This document shows, in pieces, positions 1 through 11,610 of a stretch of 64,000 bases of DNA. The DNA is from Lama glama (taxonomy: Eukaryota): positions 52,640,001-52,704,000 of the forward strand of contig CM052817.1 in the NCBI GenBank assembly GCA_028534125.1, written 5' to 3'. Every line of letters starts with the position of its first letter. Position 1 is the first letter of the stretch. The position numbers and the translations under genes were made by a program. Below the pieces are notes generated by a model. That model was not told the origin of the DNA and did no database searches. It saw only the letters and a program-made list of their open reading frames with translations.

Positions 1-379
1 AATACAGACATGCCTGACATCTACAAAAGAACCATGGTTAATGTTTCTTTTTCCTACTTAAGTTGAAAATCAGGCTCAGCTGTGGTCCCATAATGCCACT
101 ATTAAAAGGGAGAGATTTCTTAATATTTCTATTTCACTGACCCTATTTTTCAGGACACTCAATACTCTTGCCATTAAGGAAAAATGTCATATTCATTTAA
201 TTATTAGGAGGGGTCATATTATATGGTAATTTCTGCCAATATCTTTAGTGTTTGATTTAATTCAGAGTCTTATGAAGCAGTCATGGCAACAGCCACAACA
301 GCCTTCCTGGAAATAGATTAAATAGTTTACTTCTTTCTATCAGTTGGACAATTAGTACAGTCCATATGTTCACAGATAT

Positions 380-900
380 TGTAATAGAAAAGAATAAATC
401 TGAGTCCTATTAAATCTGTTCCTTTGACTTTGTGCTTTGTTTCCCAGGCTTAGTCTTCCTGGCTCTGTAACTTTTGTAAAAGAATGTTGCCTATAGTCTG
501 AAATATACAGGATAGCTTATTTTCAAGGCTCTAATCTTTAAAGATATTAACACTTTTCCATTCATATAAAGATAATATTGCAGAAAAAATAACAATTGTT
601 TTGTTGGAGTTTTACAGGGACACCATGACCTGACCCATGTGGACAGCTGCAAGAACAAAGGATTTCAAGAACAAAGAATTCCTACACTGAGAAGTTTGCA
701 ACAACCAAGCATACCCCTTTTTAGTATAAAAGGAGCCTGAATTCTGACTTGAGAAAGATGGTTCTCCAGGACATTAGTTTGCCATCTTCTCGGTCTGCCA
801 GCTTTCCAAATAAAGTCTCTCTACTCCTTGCCCCAACACCTCATCTCCCGATTTATTGGTCTGTTGTGTGGTGAACAGAACAAGTTTGGACTCGGTAACA
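380..900 (+). mobile_element. ERV1-class solo LTR
   Basis: Starts TG (380) and ends GGACTCGGTAACA (900). TATAAAA at 725-731 and AATAAA at 809-814. Flanks ATAT / GTAT are a 4-bp TSD with one mismatch, as expected for class I ERVs. Confidence 0.85.
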
Positions 901-1619
901 GTATCTTCCAACAGACATGATGCATTTTCTAACATGCTCCCACTGAAGAAAAAGTTATTTATGTTAGGGCTTTTTTTGATACAAATACTTCATTTAGTTG
1001 TGATCAGTCCTGACTATTGTGTTACACATTCATTTGTTAATACCCATTTGCAATTTCCTGTGAATAGATAACTGGGAACAGAGCACTGAGAAATTAATAA
1101 TAATTATACTTCAAATTTATTTGATATTTTACAATTTTCAAAGCACTTGAACAAATCTATGCCCTTAGAAAATTACATCACATGTGTTAAGCCCATTTCT
1201 CAGATAATTAAACTGCATTTGCCTAATCCAACATATTATTCCTAAGGATAAGCAGAGCCATAGATGTGATGCTACTCTCCTCTTCCAAGATGGGTTATGT
1301 TTCTGAGATACATACAACCTGCTAGAGATGCTGGAACAGAGGAAATGGTGAGATAATTTTTAATAGCTTCAATAAAGCAACTATGGTTAAAAGCAATACT
1401 TAAACAAGCTTTACAACAGTTAGTGAAAATGAGAGCACCAAATTCATGAGATTAAATAAGATAAGTACTTTCTCACTAAAAGTTCTGTTGCTTACTGTCA
1501 GGCCTAAGTTTATGAACAGATCATCCTTTCCTTCATTCACATCCATAACTACCTGTATTTGCCTCATTACAGTTGTCCTTTTTAAAATCTTTATTTGAAT
1601 AGGTATTTGATTAAAATTT

Positions 1620-1750
1620 TGCTAACCAAACAGATTTTAAGCTTGAGGGCAAAGATAATGACTGTTCCACTGACGATTTATTCCTAGCACATGGCATAAT
1701 TTATGTATGTTAGATGAACATCAAAACTTATGTTGAATGAATTAATCAAT
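1620..1750 (+). mobile_element. L2 3' end fragment
   Basis: Degenerate match to the L2 3' terminus (AAGCTTGAGGGCAAAGA...CCTAGCACA...TGTTGAATGAATTAAT), from recall. Confidence 0.6.
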
Positions 1751-2234
1751 TGGTAGCAAATAAATGTCATGAGACTGCCATTGTCATTTTAACTTTTTTA
1801 TTTCTACTAATACAAATATACTCTAATTTATAAGAATAATCAAAGAACCTGAAGTTTTCCTAGAATATACATCATTATGCCATCAGAGACCAGCATAACC
1901 ATGAGATTACCTAAGTGACTCTATAAATTCTAGAGCTAACAATAACTTTGATTTTAGGCCTAAATTCTATTTCAAATTTACTTAGCTGGAGATAACTTAA
2001 CTGGAGACTTTTTCCCTTGCTTACCTATGTTTGCTTTCTGTAATCCTGTCCTCTCCTCAACGATTACTTCTAAGCATTTTGTACATTTTTAACTTTATTT
2101 ACTGAAAGGATTAATATTAAGTACCTGATAAAATGTGCTAGTTACTGTGCTACAAGTTGGATGTACAATTTTTTTTGGATTTTGTATTTCAGAGTGAACC
2201 CATATCTGACAATCTGTGTTACTATTATTATATT

Positions 2235-2690
2235 TATTGTTATTAATGCTGCTATAACTAATTGTACAATTTTCATGGACTAAAACAACAAATTTATTGT
2301 TTTACGTTTCTTTAGATCAAAAGTCCGACATGAATATCACTGGGCTGAAAATCAAGATTTCATTAGGGTTCCATTTCTTTCTGAAAGTTCTAGGAGATAA
2401 ATCATGTCCTTGTTTTTTCTAGCTTCTAAAACCTATCATAATTCTGTTAGTCCACCTTCAAAGACAGCAAAAGGACAAATCTTTCTCAAGTTACATCTCT
2501 CTGATCTACACTTCTGCCATTTTCTTTTCCTTTTAAGGACACATGAGATTAGACTGAGTTCATTCTAATAATCTAGGAAAATACCTTTAATCACAACTGC
2601 ATAGTATCGTTTGCCACGTAGGGTAACATATTCACAGTTCCAGGGATTGGGAAGTGGCATCTTTGAGGGGGAATTATTCTGCACAAAACC
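2235..2690 (-). mobile_element. MaLR LTR (MLT1C/D-like)
   Basis: GCTGCTATAAC...TAAAACAACAAATTTATT at the left end and GTAACATATTCACAGTTCCAGGGATTGGG...CATCTTTGAGGGGG at the right end match the MLT1 antisense pattern. Confidence 0.8.
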
Positions 2691-3094
2691 CACCATGATT
2701 AGAGTTATCATGGGTAATCTGCCAGGCATTAAATATCTGAGGGATTTTTTTTCCTTTCAAAGGCAATCACATCTGCATCATATAACTTGATAACAGAATC
2801 AATTATTTTTCTTGAAAATTCCAACTATGTGTATCCTAATCCTGTATATTGAATTAGTTTCTGAAGGTTGTGCTCAAAGAATAGAAAATTTACCAGATTC
2901 ACTAAGTCTAATAACTAAAAGTTCTTGAAATATGAGTTCTGAAATCAAATCTGTTATCTTCTATGTGTTCACCAGCACCCTTATTTAACTCTTTAGCATA
3001 GGAAACTTCCAGTCGTTCCTCACCTTCAGTAAGGCCTTGCCTTTAACTTTTGTTCTTCTCACTGTACCTTTTTTAAACTCTTTGTGGATGATTT

Positions 3095-5457
3095 TATCTT
3101 TGTTGAGATATGTTACTTCTATATCTAATTTAAGAGTTTTATCATGAATGCATGTTGAATTTTGTCAGTTTATTTTTGTGTGTATTGAGATGATCACATT
3201 ATTCTTTCCTTTTTTTCTATTAATATGATGTATCACACTGATATGCATATGAATTCATATGATATGAATCTCTGAAATAAATTCCACTGGGCCATAATGA
3301 ATAATCCTTCTAATGTGCTGTTGAATTAGGCTTGGTACTATTTTATTGTGAACTTTTGTATTTATATACATCAGGGATACTGGCCAGTGATTTTCTTTTC
3401 TAGTAGTGTTTTTTTCTGGTTTTGGTATCAGGATAATGCTGACTTCATAAAATGAGCTTAGAAGTATTCTTTCCCATTTAATTTTTTGGAAGATTTCAGA
3501 AGAATTGGTGTAAATTCTTTAAAAGTTTGGTAAAATTCACTAGGGAGCCATCTATCTGATCTTGGAATTTTCTTACTTGGGAGATTTTTGATTATTAGTT
3601 CAATATCCTTACTTGTAATTGGTCTATACAAATTTTCTATTTCTTCCTGATTTGGTCTTGGTAAATGTTATGTTTCTAAGAATTTCTCCATTCTTTCTAG
3701 GTTTTCCTAGACTAGTAGTTCAGAGTAGTCTCTTATAATTCTTTGAATTTCTGTGATATAAATTATAATGTCTCTTTTTTTATTTATAATTTTGTTCATT
3801 TGGGTCCTCCTTTCTTCCTCAATCTAGCTAAGGGTTTGTCAATTTTGTTTATATTTTCAAAGAACCACCTCTTAGTTTGGTTAATCATTTATATTAATTT
3901 TTTGTTCTCTATTTTAGTTATTTCTGCTCTAATCTTCATTATTCCCTTTCTTCTGCTAACTTTGGGATCCGTTTGTTCTTTTTTTTTCTCCTAGCTCCTT
4001 ATGGTACAGAGTTATACTGTTTGTTTGGTATCTATCTTGCCTTTCAATACAGGTGTTTATTCCTATGACCTTCCCTCTTAGAACTGCATTTGCTATCTCC
4101 TGTAAGTTCTGGTATGTTATGTTTCCATTTTCATTTGTTTCAAAAAACTTTTTAAAAATTTCCCCTTAATTTCTTTGTTCCATTGGTTGTTCAGGGAAGT
4201 ATTGCTTAATTTCCATGTTCTCATGAATTTTCCAGTTTCCCTCTTATTGTTGATTTCTAGTTCCATGCCATTGTAGTTAGAGAAGATATTTGATATGATT
4301 TCAATTTTCTTGAATTTGCTAAGACTTGTTTGTAGCCTAATATATGCACTATCCTAAAAAATGTTCCATCTCACTTGTAAAGAATGTTTATTCTGTTGTT
4401 GTACAAAATGTTCTGTATATGTCTGTATTTGATCTAGAGTATTACTCAATCCTCTGCTTTCCTATTGATTCTCTGTCTGGATGATCTGTCCATTGTTCAC
4501 AGGGGGGTATTAAGGTCCCCAACTGTTATTGCATTACTGTTTATTTCTCCTTTAAGCTTTGTTAATTTTTGCTTTATAAAGTTATGTACTCCTATGTTGG
4601 TTACACAAATATTTATAAGTGTTAAATCCTCTTGATGTATTGAAGTCTTTATCATTATATAATGACCTTATCTCCTTTTAAAATTTTTAGTTTGAAGTCT
4701 ATTTTGTCTTATATAAGTATAGCTACCATGCTTTGATTAGTCAATGTGTGTTTTTAAAACTGAAGTGAGTCTCTTACAGACAGCATGCTGTCGGATCCTG
4801 TTTCTTTACCTCATTCAGACATTCTGTCTTTCAACTGGAGAATTTAAACTTTTTATATTTCAAGTAATTACTGATAGGTAAGAACGTACTATTGTCATTT
4901 GATTAATCATTTTCTGGTTGTTTTGTAGATCTGTAGATCTTTATTTCTTCTCCTGCTATCCTCATTTTTGCATTTTGATGTACTTTGGTATCAGTATGCT
5001 TTGACTTCTTTATTGTGTTCTTTCATGTAATTACTGCAGGGTTTTCCCTTGTGGTGATCATGAGACTTTTCATAAAATATTTTAAACTTGTAACACCTAT
5101 TTTTAAACAGATAACAACTTAACCTCAATAGAATCTGTAAACTTTATACTTTTACTTCTCCTCCCTCTCATATTTTAGGTTAATGCTAACCTAACACTTG
5201 TATATTTTTTTGTGTGTAACTAGTAATAGATTATTGTAGTTAAGGCTATTTTTGCTACTTTTTTTTTTACCTTTTAAACTAGAGTTGTAAATTAATTCTG
5301 TACCACAATTACCTTCCATATTACCATTGCAGAATCTAACTATGACTATATTTACCATTACCAGCAAAATTCGTGCTACCTTTTAATAATGTTTGATGTT
5401 AATTAGCATCCTTTTATTTCACTCAAAGAATTCTCTTTAGCATTTCCTATCAGATAG
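3095..5457 (-). mobile_element. Degenerate LINE-1 (ORF2 start of RT back through endonuclease and inter-ORF region), truncated by the gap
   Basis: T-rich antisense L1 ORF2 (e.g. TTTTGGTATCAGGATAATGCTGACTTCATAAAATGAG; CTGTCTGGATGATCTGTCCATTG). Many stops and frameshifts. Confidence 0.9.
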
Positions 5458-5957
5458 NNNNNNNNNNNNNNNNNNNNNNNNNNNNNNNNNNNNNNNNNNN
5501 NNNNNNNNNNNNNNNNNNNNNNNNNNNNNNNNNNNNNNNNNNNNNNNNNNNNNNNNNNNNNNNNNNNNNNNNNNNNNNNNNNNNNNNNNNNNNNNNNNNN
5601 NNNNNNNNNNNNNNNNNNNNNNNNNNNNNNNNNNNNNNNNNNNNNNNNNNNNNNNNNNNNNNNNNNNNNNNNNNNNNNNNNNNNNNNNNNNNNNNNNNNN
5701 NNNNNNNNNNNNNNNNNNNNNNNNNNNNNNNNNNNNNNNNNNNNNNNNNNNNNNNNNNNNNNNNNNNNNNNNNNNNNNNNNNNNNNNNNNNNNNNNNNNN
5801 NNNNNNNNNNNNNNNNNNNNNNNNNNNNNNNNNNNNNNNNNNNNNNNNNNNNNNNNNNNNNNNNNNNNNNNNNNNNNNNNNNNNNNNNNNNNNNNNNNNN
5901 NNNNNNNNNNNNNNNNNNNNNNNNNNNNNNNNNNNNNNNNNNNNNNNNNNNNNNNNN
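5458..5957. other. Assembly gap (500 N)
   Basis: Run of N. The round length suggests a placeholder of unknown true size. Confidence 0.99.
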
Positions 5958-6163
5958 GATGATAATGCTGCTAAAGCTGTTCCATGCCTACTAGCCTAAT
6001 ACCCCAAGCTTGTACTTTACCCTATAAAATCTCATGCGCACGTCTTGGAGGTGCTCAGAGCTTCGGAGCAGAAGCCCCTCTGAGCCCGCCGGCGTAATAC
6101 ATCTGAGTACTCCAACCCTCCGAGTGGTGCTTGTTTCTTGACTGGCCTGTCGTTTCTGTAACA
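5958..6163 (+). mobile_element. 3' part (end of U3, R, U5) of a young ERV LTR
   Basis: TATAAAA at 6023-6029, AATACA poly(A)-signal variant at 6096-6101, terminus TGTAACA at 6163, and 8 CpGs between 6037 and 6152. Confidence 0.8.
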
Positions 6164-6199
6164 CTCTTAGTTGTATAACTTTGTTACTCACTCTCCTCT

Positions 6200-7115
6200 G
6201 TAGATCAGAATTGCACTGATGTCCTTGAATTGGGAAATCTAAATGCAGTGGGGATAATTAGATCCCAGGGTTTCAGGAGCCAAGTGGCTGCACTTAACTG
6301 CCAAAGGCAGGTGTGCATGGTTATGGAAATGAATGACAGAGCAAATCAGTAATCAGAATATTCTGACTTGCAGAGATTTCTGGTGCTGGCTAGTTTGGAC
6401 ATAGTGTTTCTAAAAGTGAAATAGATGGATAGGCTACTAAATTCTTACTTCCTCTGCATAAGCAGAATTCTCAAGTCTAATTTGAATTAAAAGAGTCACA
6501 GCCTCTCACTGAATTCTCAGTGTTAAGCCAGTTCACAGACCTACAACCTCTGGAGGAAAACGTGTGTCCTTACAGAAAGGAATCCACACTCTGCCAAAAT
6601 TTATATTTTTAATCTTTCTTCCAGCTTTCTCCAAAGGGACCTACAGACTTTTACAGAGTATGCATTGGGGAAAGAAAATGACAAAATGTCAGGAATCCTG
6701 GACGTTTATTTGGTCTAACACTAATTCTAGGAGCCTGAAATTGTCACTGTGGTTCACCAGTCAAAGTAGGAGCTTATGGAGAGCAAATGATGAATAAAAT
6801 TTTAACTCAGATCAGATCAGTTCATGGATCCACAAACATACTCTGTTGTTATTTTTTCACTTCTAGAGTTCATAATTAGAATAGACAAAATGTACTGGCT
6901 GTGTGATTAATCTTTATTACCAAGGGAAAATTGGCCTGCTACTACCCAATGAATGTGCAAGAATATGTCTGTAATATGAGAGATTCCTTGGGGAATCTGT
7001 TAATATTATCATACTCTGTGATTAAAGTTAATGGAAAATCACAACAACCTAATTCTGGCAGGACTGCTAATAGATCCATTAGGAACGAAATTTTGGGTCA
7101 CATCCCAGGTAAATA
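6200..7115 (+). mobile_element. ERVL internal region (gag end/protease joined to pol 3' end), degenerate
   Basis: CCAAGTGGCTGCACTTAACTGCCAAAGGCAGG...AATCAGAATATTCTGACT resembles ERVL gag. The ORF at 6931-7116 (EYVCNMRDSLGNLLILSYSVIKVNGKSQQPNSGRT) resembles the ERVL pol C-terminus. Confidence 0.85.
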
Positions 7116-7942
7116 GCATGCTCATGTGGTAGTTTTATTTTTACCTTTTTGAGGAATCTCCATACTGTTTCGTATAGCAGCTGAACTATTTTGCATTCCA
7201 GACAACAACATACAGGGTTTTGATTACTACATATCCTTGCCAACACTTACCTCCTTTTTTAAAAATAGCCATTCTTACCAGTGTGAGGTGGCATCTTATT
7301 GTGGGTTTGATATGCATGTCCCAGATGATTAGTGATGTCAAGCCCCTTTTCATATATCTAGTGACTGTATGTCTTCGTTGGAGTAATGTTTATTCACGTT
7401 TTTTGCTTGTTTTTTAATTTATTTACATATTTTTTGATATGGAGTTGTTAGAGTTCTTAAAACATTTTGAATATTAACCTCTGTCGGACATAGTTTGTAA
7501 ATTTTTTTTTTTCTGATTCCATAGGTTGTCTTTATTTACATTTTATTGATTGTTTTGTTTGCCATGCAAAAGCTTTTAAGTTTGATATACTTCTACCAGT
7601 TTATTTTTGCTTTTGTTACTTGTGCTTTTGGTAACATATCCAATAAGTCAGTGCCAAGATCAACATCAAGAAGCTTTTGCCCTAGGTTTTCTTCCAGGTG
7701 TTTTGCACATTAAGGTCTTTCATTTAAGTCTGTAGTCCATTTTGTCTTGATTTTTGTGTATGATGTGAAATAAGAGTCCAATTATATTCCTTTTCCTGTG
7801 GATATTTATTTTCCCACTATTTGTTGAAGGGACTATCCTTCCCCCATTATATATTCTTAGCACCCTTGTTGAAGATCATTTGACTGTATATGTGTGGGTT
7901 TGTTTATATATTCTCTGTTCTGCTCCATTGATCTATATCTCA
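7116..7942 (-). mobile_element. L1 (L1MA/MB-like) ORF2 C-terminal segment, inverted part of a 5'-inverted insertion
   Basis: Antisense L1 (TTTTGAGGAATCTCCATACTGTTT...GCCATTCTTACCAGTGTGAGGTGGCATCT...). Confidence 0.85.
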
Positions 7943-8488
7943 GCTCTTATATAATCCAGCAATTCTACTTCTGGGTATATATATCCAAAATAATTGAAAT
8001 TGGATTCTCAAAGAGATATCTGCACTTCCATTTTCATTGTAGCATTATTTCATGATAGCCAAGATATGTAAACAATCTAAATGTCCACTGAGGATTGAAC
8101 AAATATGTGGTATATACAAACAATGGAATATTATTCAGCCCTAAAAAAGATACTCTGCCGTACACAACATGTATGAACCTGGAGGGCATCTTGTTAAATG
8201 AAATAAGTGAGTGACATAAGGACAAATACTGTATAATTCCACTAATACAAGACATCTATAGTAGTCAAAATCCTAGAACCAGAGAATAGAATAGTGGTTG
8301 CCAGGGTTCTGAGTTGGGGACATGTGATGTTGTTGTTTGACATGTGTAAATTTTCAATTATGCCAGATAAATAAGTTCTAGATATTTGCTATACAACATA
8401 ATGCCTATAGTTAACAATATTGTAATATATACTTAAAATTTTGTTTAGAGGGTAGATTTCATACTAAATATTCTTACCACAATAAAAA
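7943..8488 (+). mobile_element. L1 (L1MA/MB-like) ORF2 end and 3'UTR, sense part of the same insertion
   Basis: ATCCAGCAATTCTACTTCTGGGTATAT...ACAATGGAATATTATTCAGCC...AGGGTAGATTTCATACTAAATATTCTTACCACAATAAAAA. Confidence 0.9.
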
Positions 8489-8504
8489 TGCTACAGAAGC
8501 AGAA

Positions 8505-8966
8505 ATCTAAAAAAGCCAGCTAAAGTGGTTGCTAAGTGCAAAGGGAAAATAGAATGGGCAATAAAAAAGGTGGTTTTAAATAGCAGCTATACTTGTGTGA
8601 CTAGTTGCAGAAACAAGAACTGTAATTGTTCTTAGTATTTCTTTCTGTTTTTGTGAATATGTTTGTTTCTGTGTGTATGAAATCATACTGTTTTCTTGCC
8701 TTTCTTATCCCCTTATATAACAAATATTAACTTTATATCACAGTGTTTGAGTTACAGGACAGCAGGGAGAAGGATGGCGTCACCCAGGACTTTCTGTCCT
8801 CTACTAGAGAAAGGATTAAGTTGTATGCAGGGTAGTTGCATCATGCTAGTCAGAAGTATGACTTTGTTACTATCTTTATTTGCAGATCAAGAATAATTTA
8901 GTGAGGAGTGTATGGGTGCTGAATTGATAACAGTGTGATCCAATTGATAACAGATATCAACTGGAG
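8505..8966 (+). mobile_element. ERVL internal 3' end (continuation of 6200-7115)
   Basis: CCAGCTAAAGTGGTTGCTAAGTGCAAAGGGAAAATAGAATGGG...GACTAGTTGCAGAAACAAGAACTGTAA continues the ERVL sequence where it broke off at CCAGGTAAA (~7113). Confidence 0.8.
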
Positions 8967-9482
8967 TGTGATGGTTACTTTTATGTCAACTTGGCTTGAA
9001 TAAGGTGCCCAGTTTATTGATCAAACACCATTGTAGATGTTACTGCAAAGGTATTTTTAGATGTGATTAATATTTAAATCAGTAAACTATGAGTAAAGCA
9101 GATTAACCTTCATAATGTGGATGGACTTCATCTAATCAGTTAAAGGCCTTAAAGAGCAAAGACAAATTCCTTCAGATAGGAGGAATTCTCCTCAAGACTG
9201 TAATATAGAATACATGTCTGCATTTTCAACATGCTTCTCTGTGGAATTCAGGCTCAACCAACTCTTACAATTTCCAGCATGCTGGTATGCTCTACAGATT
9301 CAAACCCACCTGCTCCCAGAATCATATGAACCAAATACTTGAAATAAATCGCTTTCATGTATATATATATATATACACACACACACATATATATGTATGT
9401 ACACACACACACACGTATACATATATATAAAATATAAAATCTTATCAGTTCTGTTTCTCTGGAAAACCCTAACATAGTCACA
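8967..9482 (+). mobile_element. MLT2-family 3' LTR of the ERVL element
   Basis: Starts TGTGATGGTTACTTTTATGTCAACTTGGC and ends CAGTTCTGTTTCTCTGGAAAACCCTAAC. Contains the usual (TA)n(CA)n tract at ~9357-9430. Confidence 0.9.
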
Positions 9483-11499
9483 GTTACTGGCTGCATCAAT
9501 GAAAGTAAAGAGCTAAGTTTGAAATTTCATCAAGAATTTTAACTAGAAAGATAAGTTTTATTACATATTGATTGGTCAACATTTTTATACTGTAACTGCT
9601 TTTTGAAGTTAAGGTTTTTGGAGCTAAAAGAGCTTACATTTTAAAAAGTAGTATTTAAATCTCATCTCTGTAAAAACTTTACCCAAAAAAAGGCCTGAGA
9701 GGGGAATAAAAGCAGGTTTTTTTATTGTTATTTTTCTTCCTTGTGTTGCCATTCTATGGGCATTCTAAAAATATTCTGCAGCAATATTCTCTGCCTTTTG
9801 TAGAAAATATGTACATTTAAAATGTCCACAAGTATTTAACATCCTCAATAATATCTTTAAACCATATCTTTCTAAAAACATCTGTTTTCACACAGGAACG
9901 TACATATAAAGACACATACACCATACAATTTGGAAACCTCCACTATTTTTTGTAACCATTTTCCTTTTCCCTACATCTAAGCAAATACATTTTTTTTCCC
10001 TTTGCATGGCTATTTGCATCCATTCTTTTTATGTATTCACAGAAAATCACTCTAAATCAGCTCTTTCACTTCTCTCTCTCTCACTGTTTCTTTTCACTGT
10101 TTTGACAAATGGAACAAATTTCATCCATATGTACCGCACATTCCTTTGCCAGTATCTTCCAACTTTAGATGCAATAAAGAACATGCTGGCTCCAATTGCA
10201 CCACAGTTTCTTATTCTTATCAAAGTTTAACCAAATAGGTACATGAGTTGCAATTCAGGCACACTGGTTATAACATTTCTTATAGGTAAGTCACAAAATT
10301 CACTACTTTTTTTAGTACCAAATTGCTTAATAAAGATATTTCAACTGATTGTGATACCAGTGAGTTGAAACTCCCTGGATAAAACATCCAAGTGTTAACT
10401 TCTCATTGAAAAACCCTCCTCACTGAGTTTATAACCTGTTTTGCTGGTTATAAAAATGGTTACAAGTTTTAATTTGGCAACTGTCCTTGACAACATTAGT
10501 TACTATCTTCTGAATAGTTTTCCTTATGCTGTGTTCCCAATTAAATGACCTTTCCTGTTCTTCTTTTCTGCAATTGAATCATTTCACAGACTTTGAGAAT
10601 AATCTTCCCTATGTAAACTTCTGCATTGTAAATCAGGAGAATTTTACAAGAGTGTTCATAATTCAGTTTGTATTAATAAAGATACAAATAACAACCAGAG
10701 AAAAGTATATAACAAATTGTTGTGTATTCAAGCAATGGAAGACCATATGGCTGTGAATATGAATTGATTAAATCTACAAGCATCAAGTGTGGCAGACCCC
10801 AGGAAATAGATGTTGAGTAAGAGAAAAAAGTCTCTGAAGAAAAGATACAGTATAGTTGTATCCATACATTTTAAAACATGCAAAGAATAATTATTTATGG
10901 ATGGAAACATAAGGAAAAATAATAAATAAAAATGTTTTTCTTTATGTTTGTTTGTATAAATAATGTAGTGAGAATTATGCCCAGGAAGTATCCTCAGAGA
11001 AAATGACAATGTTCTTTTTCATTAGGTTTGTGCTGCATAAATGTCACTTTTTTATGATGTTTTATGAAAACAGTATCACACTGCTTATAGTACATTAGTA
11101 TTTTCACATGATTCTGCTTGATTATAGCAGGTCTGGTAATTTTAGTCTTCCATCAGTCCAAGAAGGAAGAATGACATGGATGTTATTGTTCATAATACTT
11201 TCAAGAGTGATAAATTTTATACTTAAAGAAACCTATATCTCCAAAATAAGATAATTAACACATTGAACAGGACATTTCTGTAGGATGATAATGATATGTG
11301 GTTTACCCTAACAGCTTAACTGTATACTGTCATTACTACTGATAGAAACTAAATTTTCATTCACTGTTTTTATATTGTCTTCAAAATTCAAATGAAACCA
11401 CTGGAATGGATTTTGATTTGATAGCTGAGCATATTTGCATCATTGGTTTATATCATTCATCTGATCAAATAACTTTATTGATTTTCTATTCAGTTCAAG

Positions 11500-11610
11500 G
11501 GCCTAATCTATTGCCGGAGGTTATGGTGCTTGATGAGACAGACAAAAATCCTTGACTTTTGGACATTACATTCTAGTGGATAGAAATATTAAATAATAAG
11601 CAACTAAATA
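11500..11610 (-). mobile_element. L2 fragment
   Basis: GAGACAGACAAAAATCCTTGACTTTTGGACATTACATTCTAGTGG matches the antisense L2 3' region. Confidence 0.65.
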
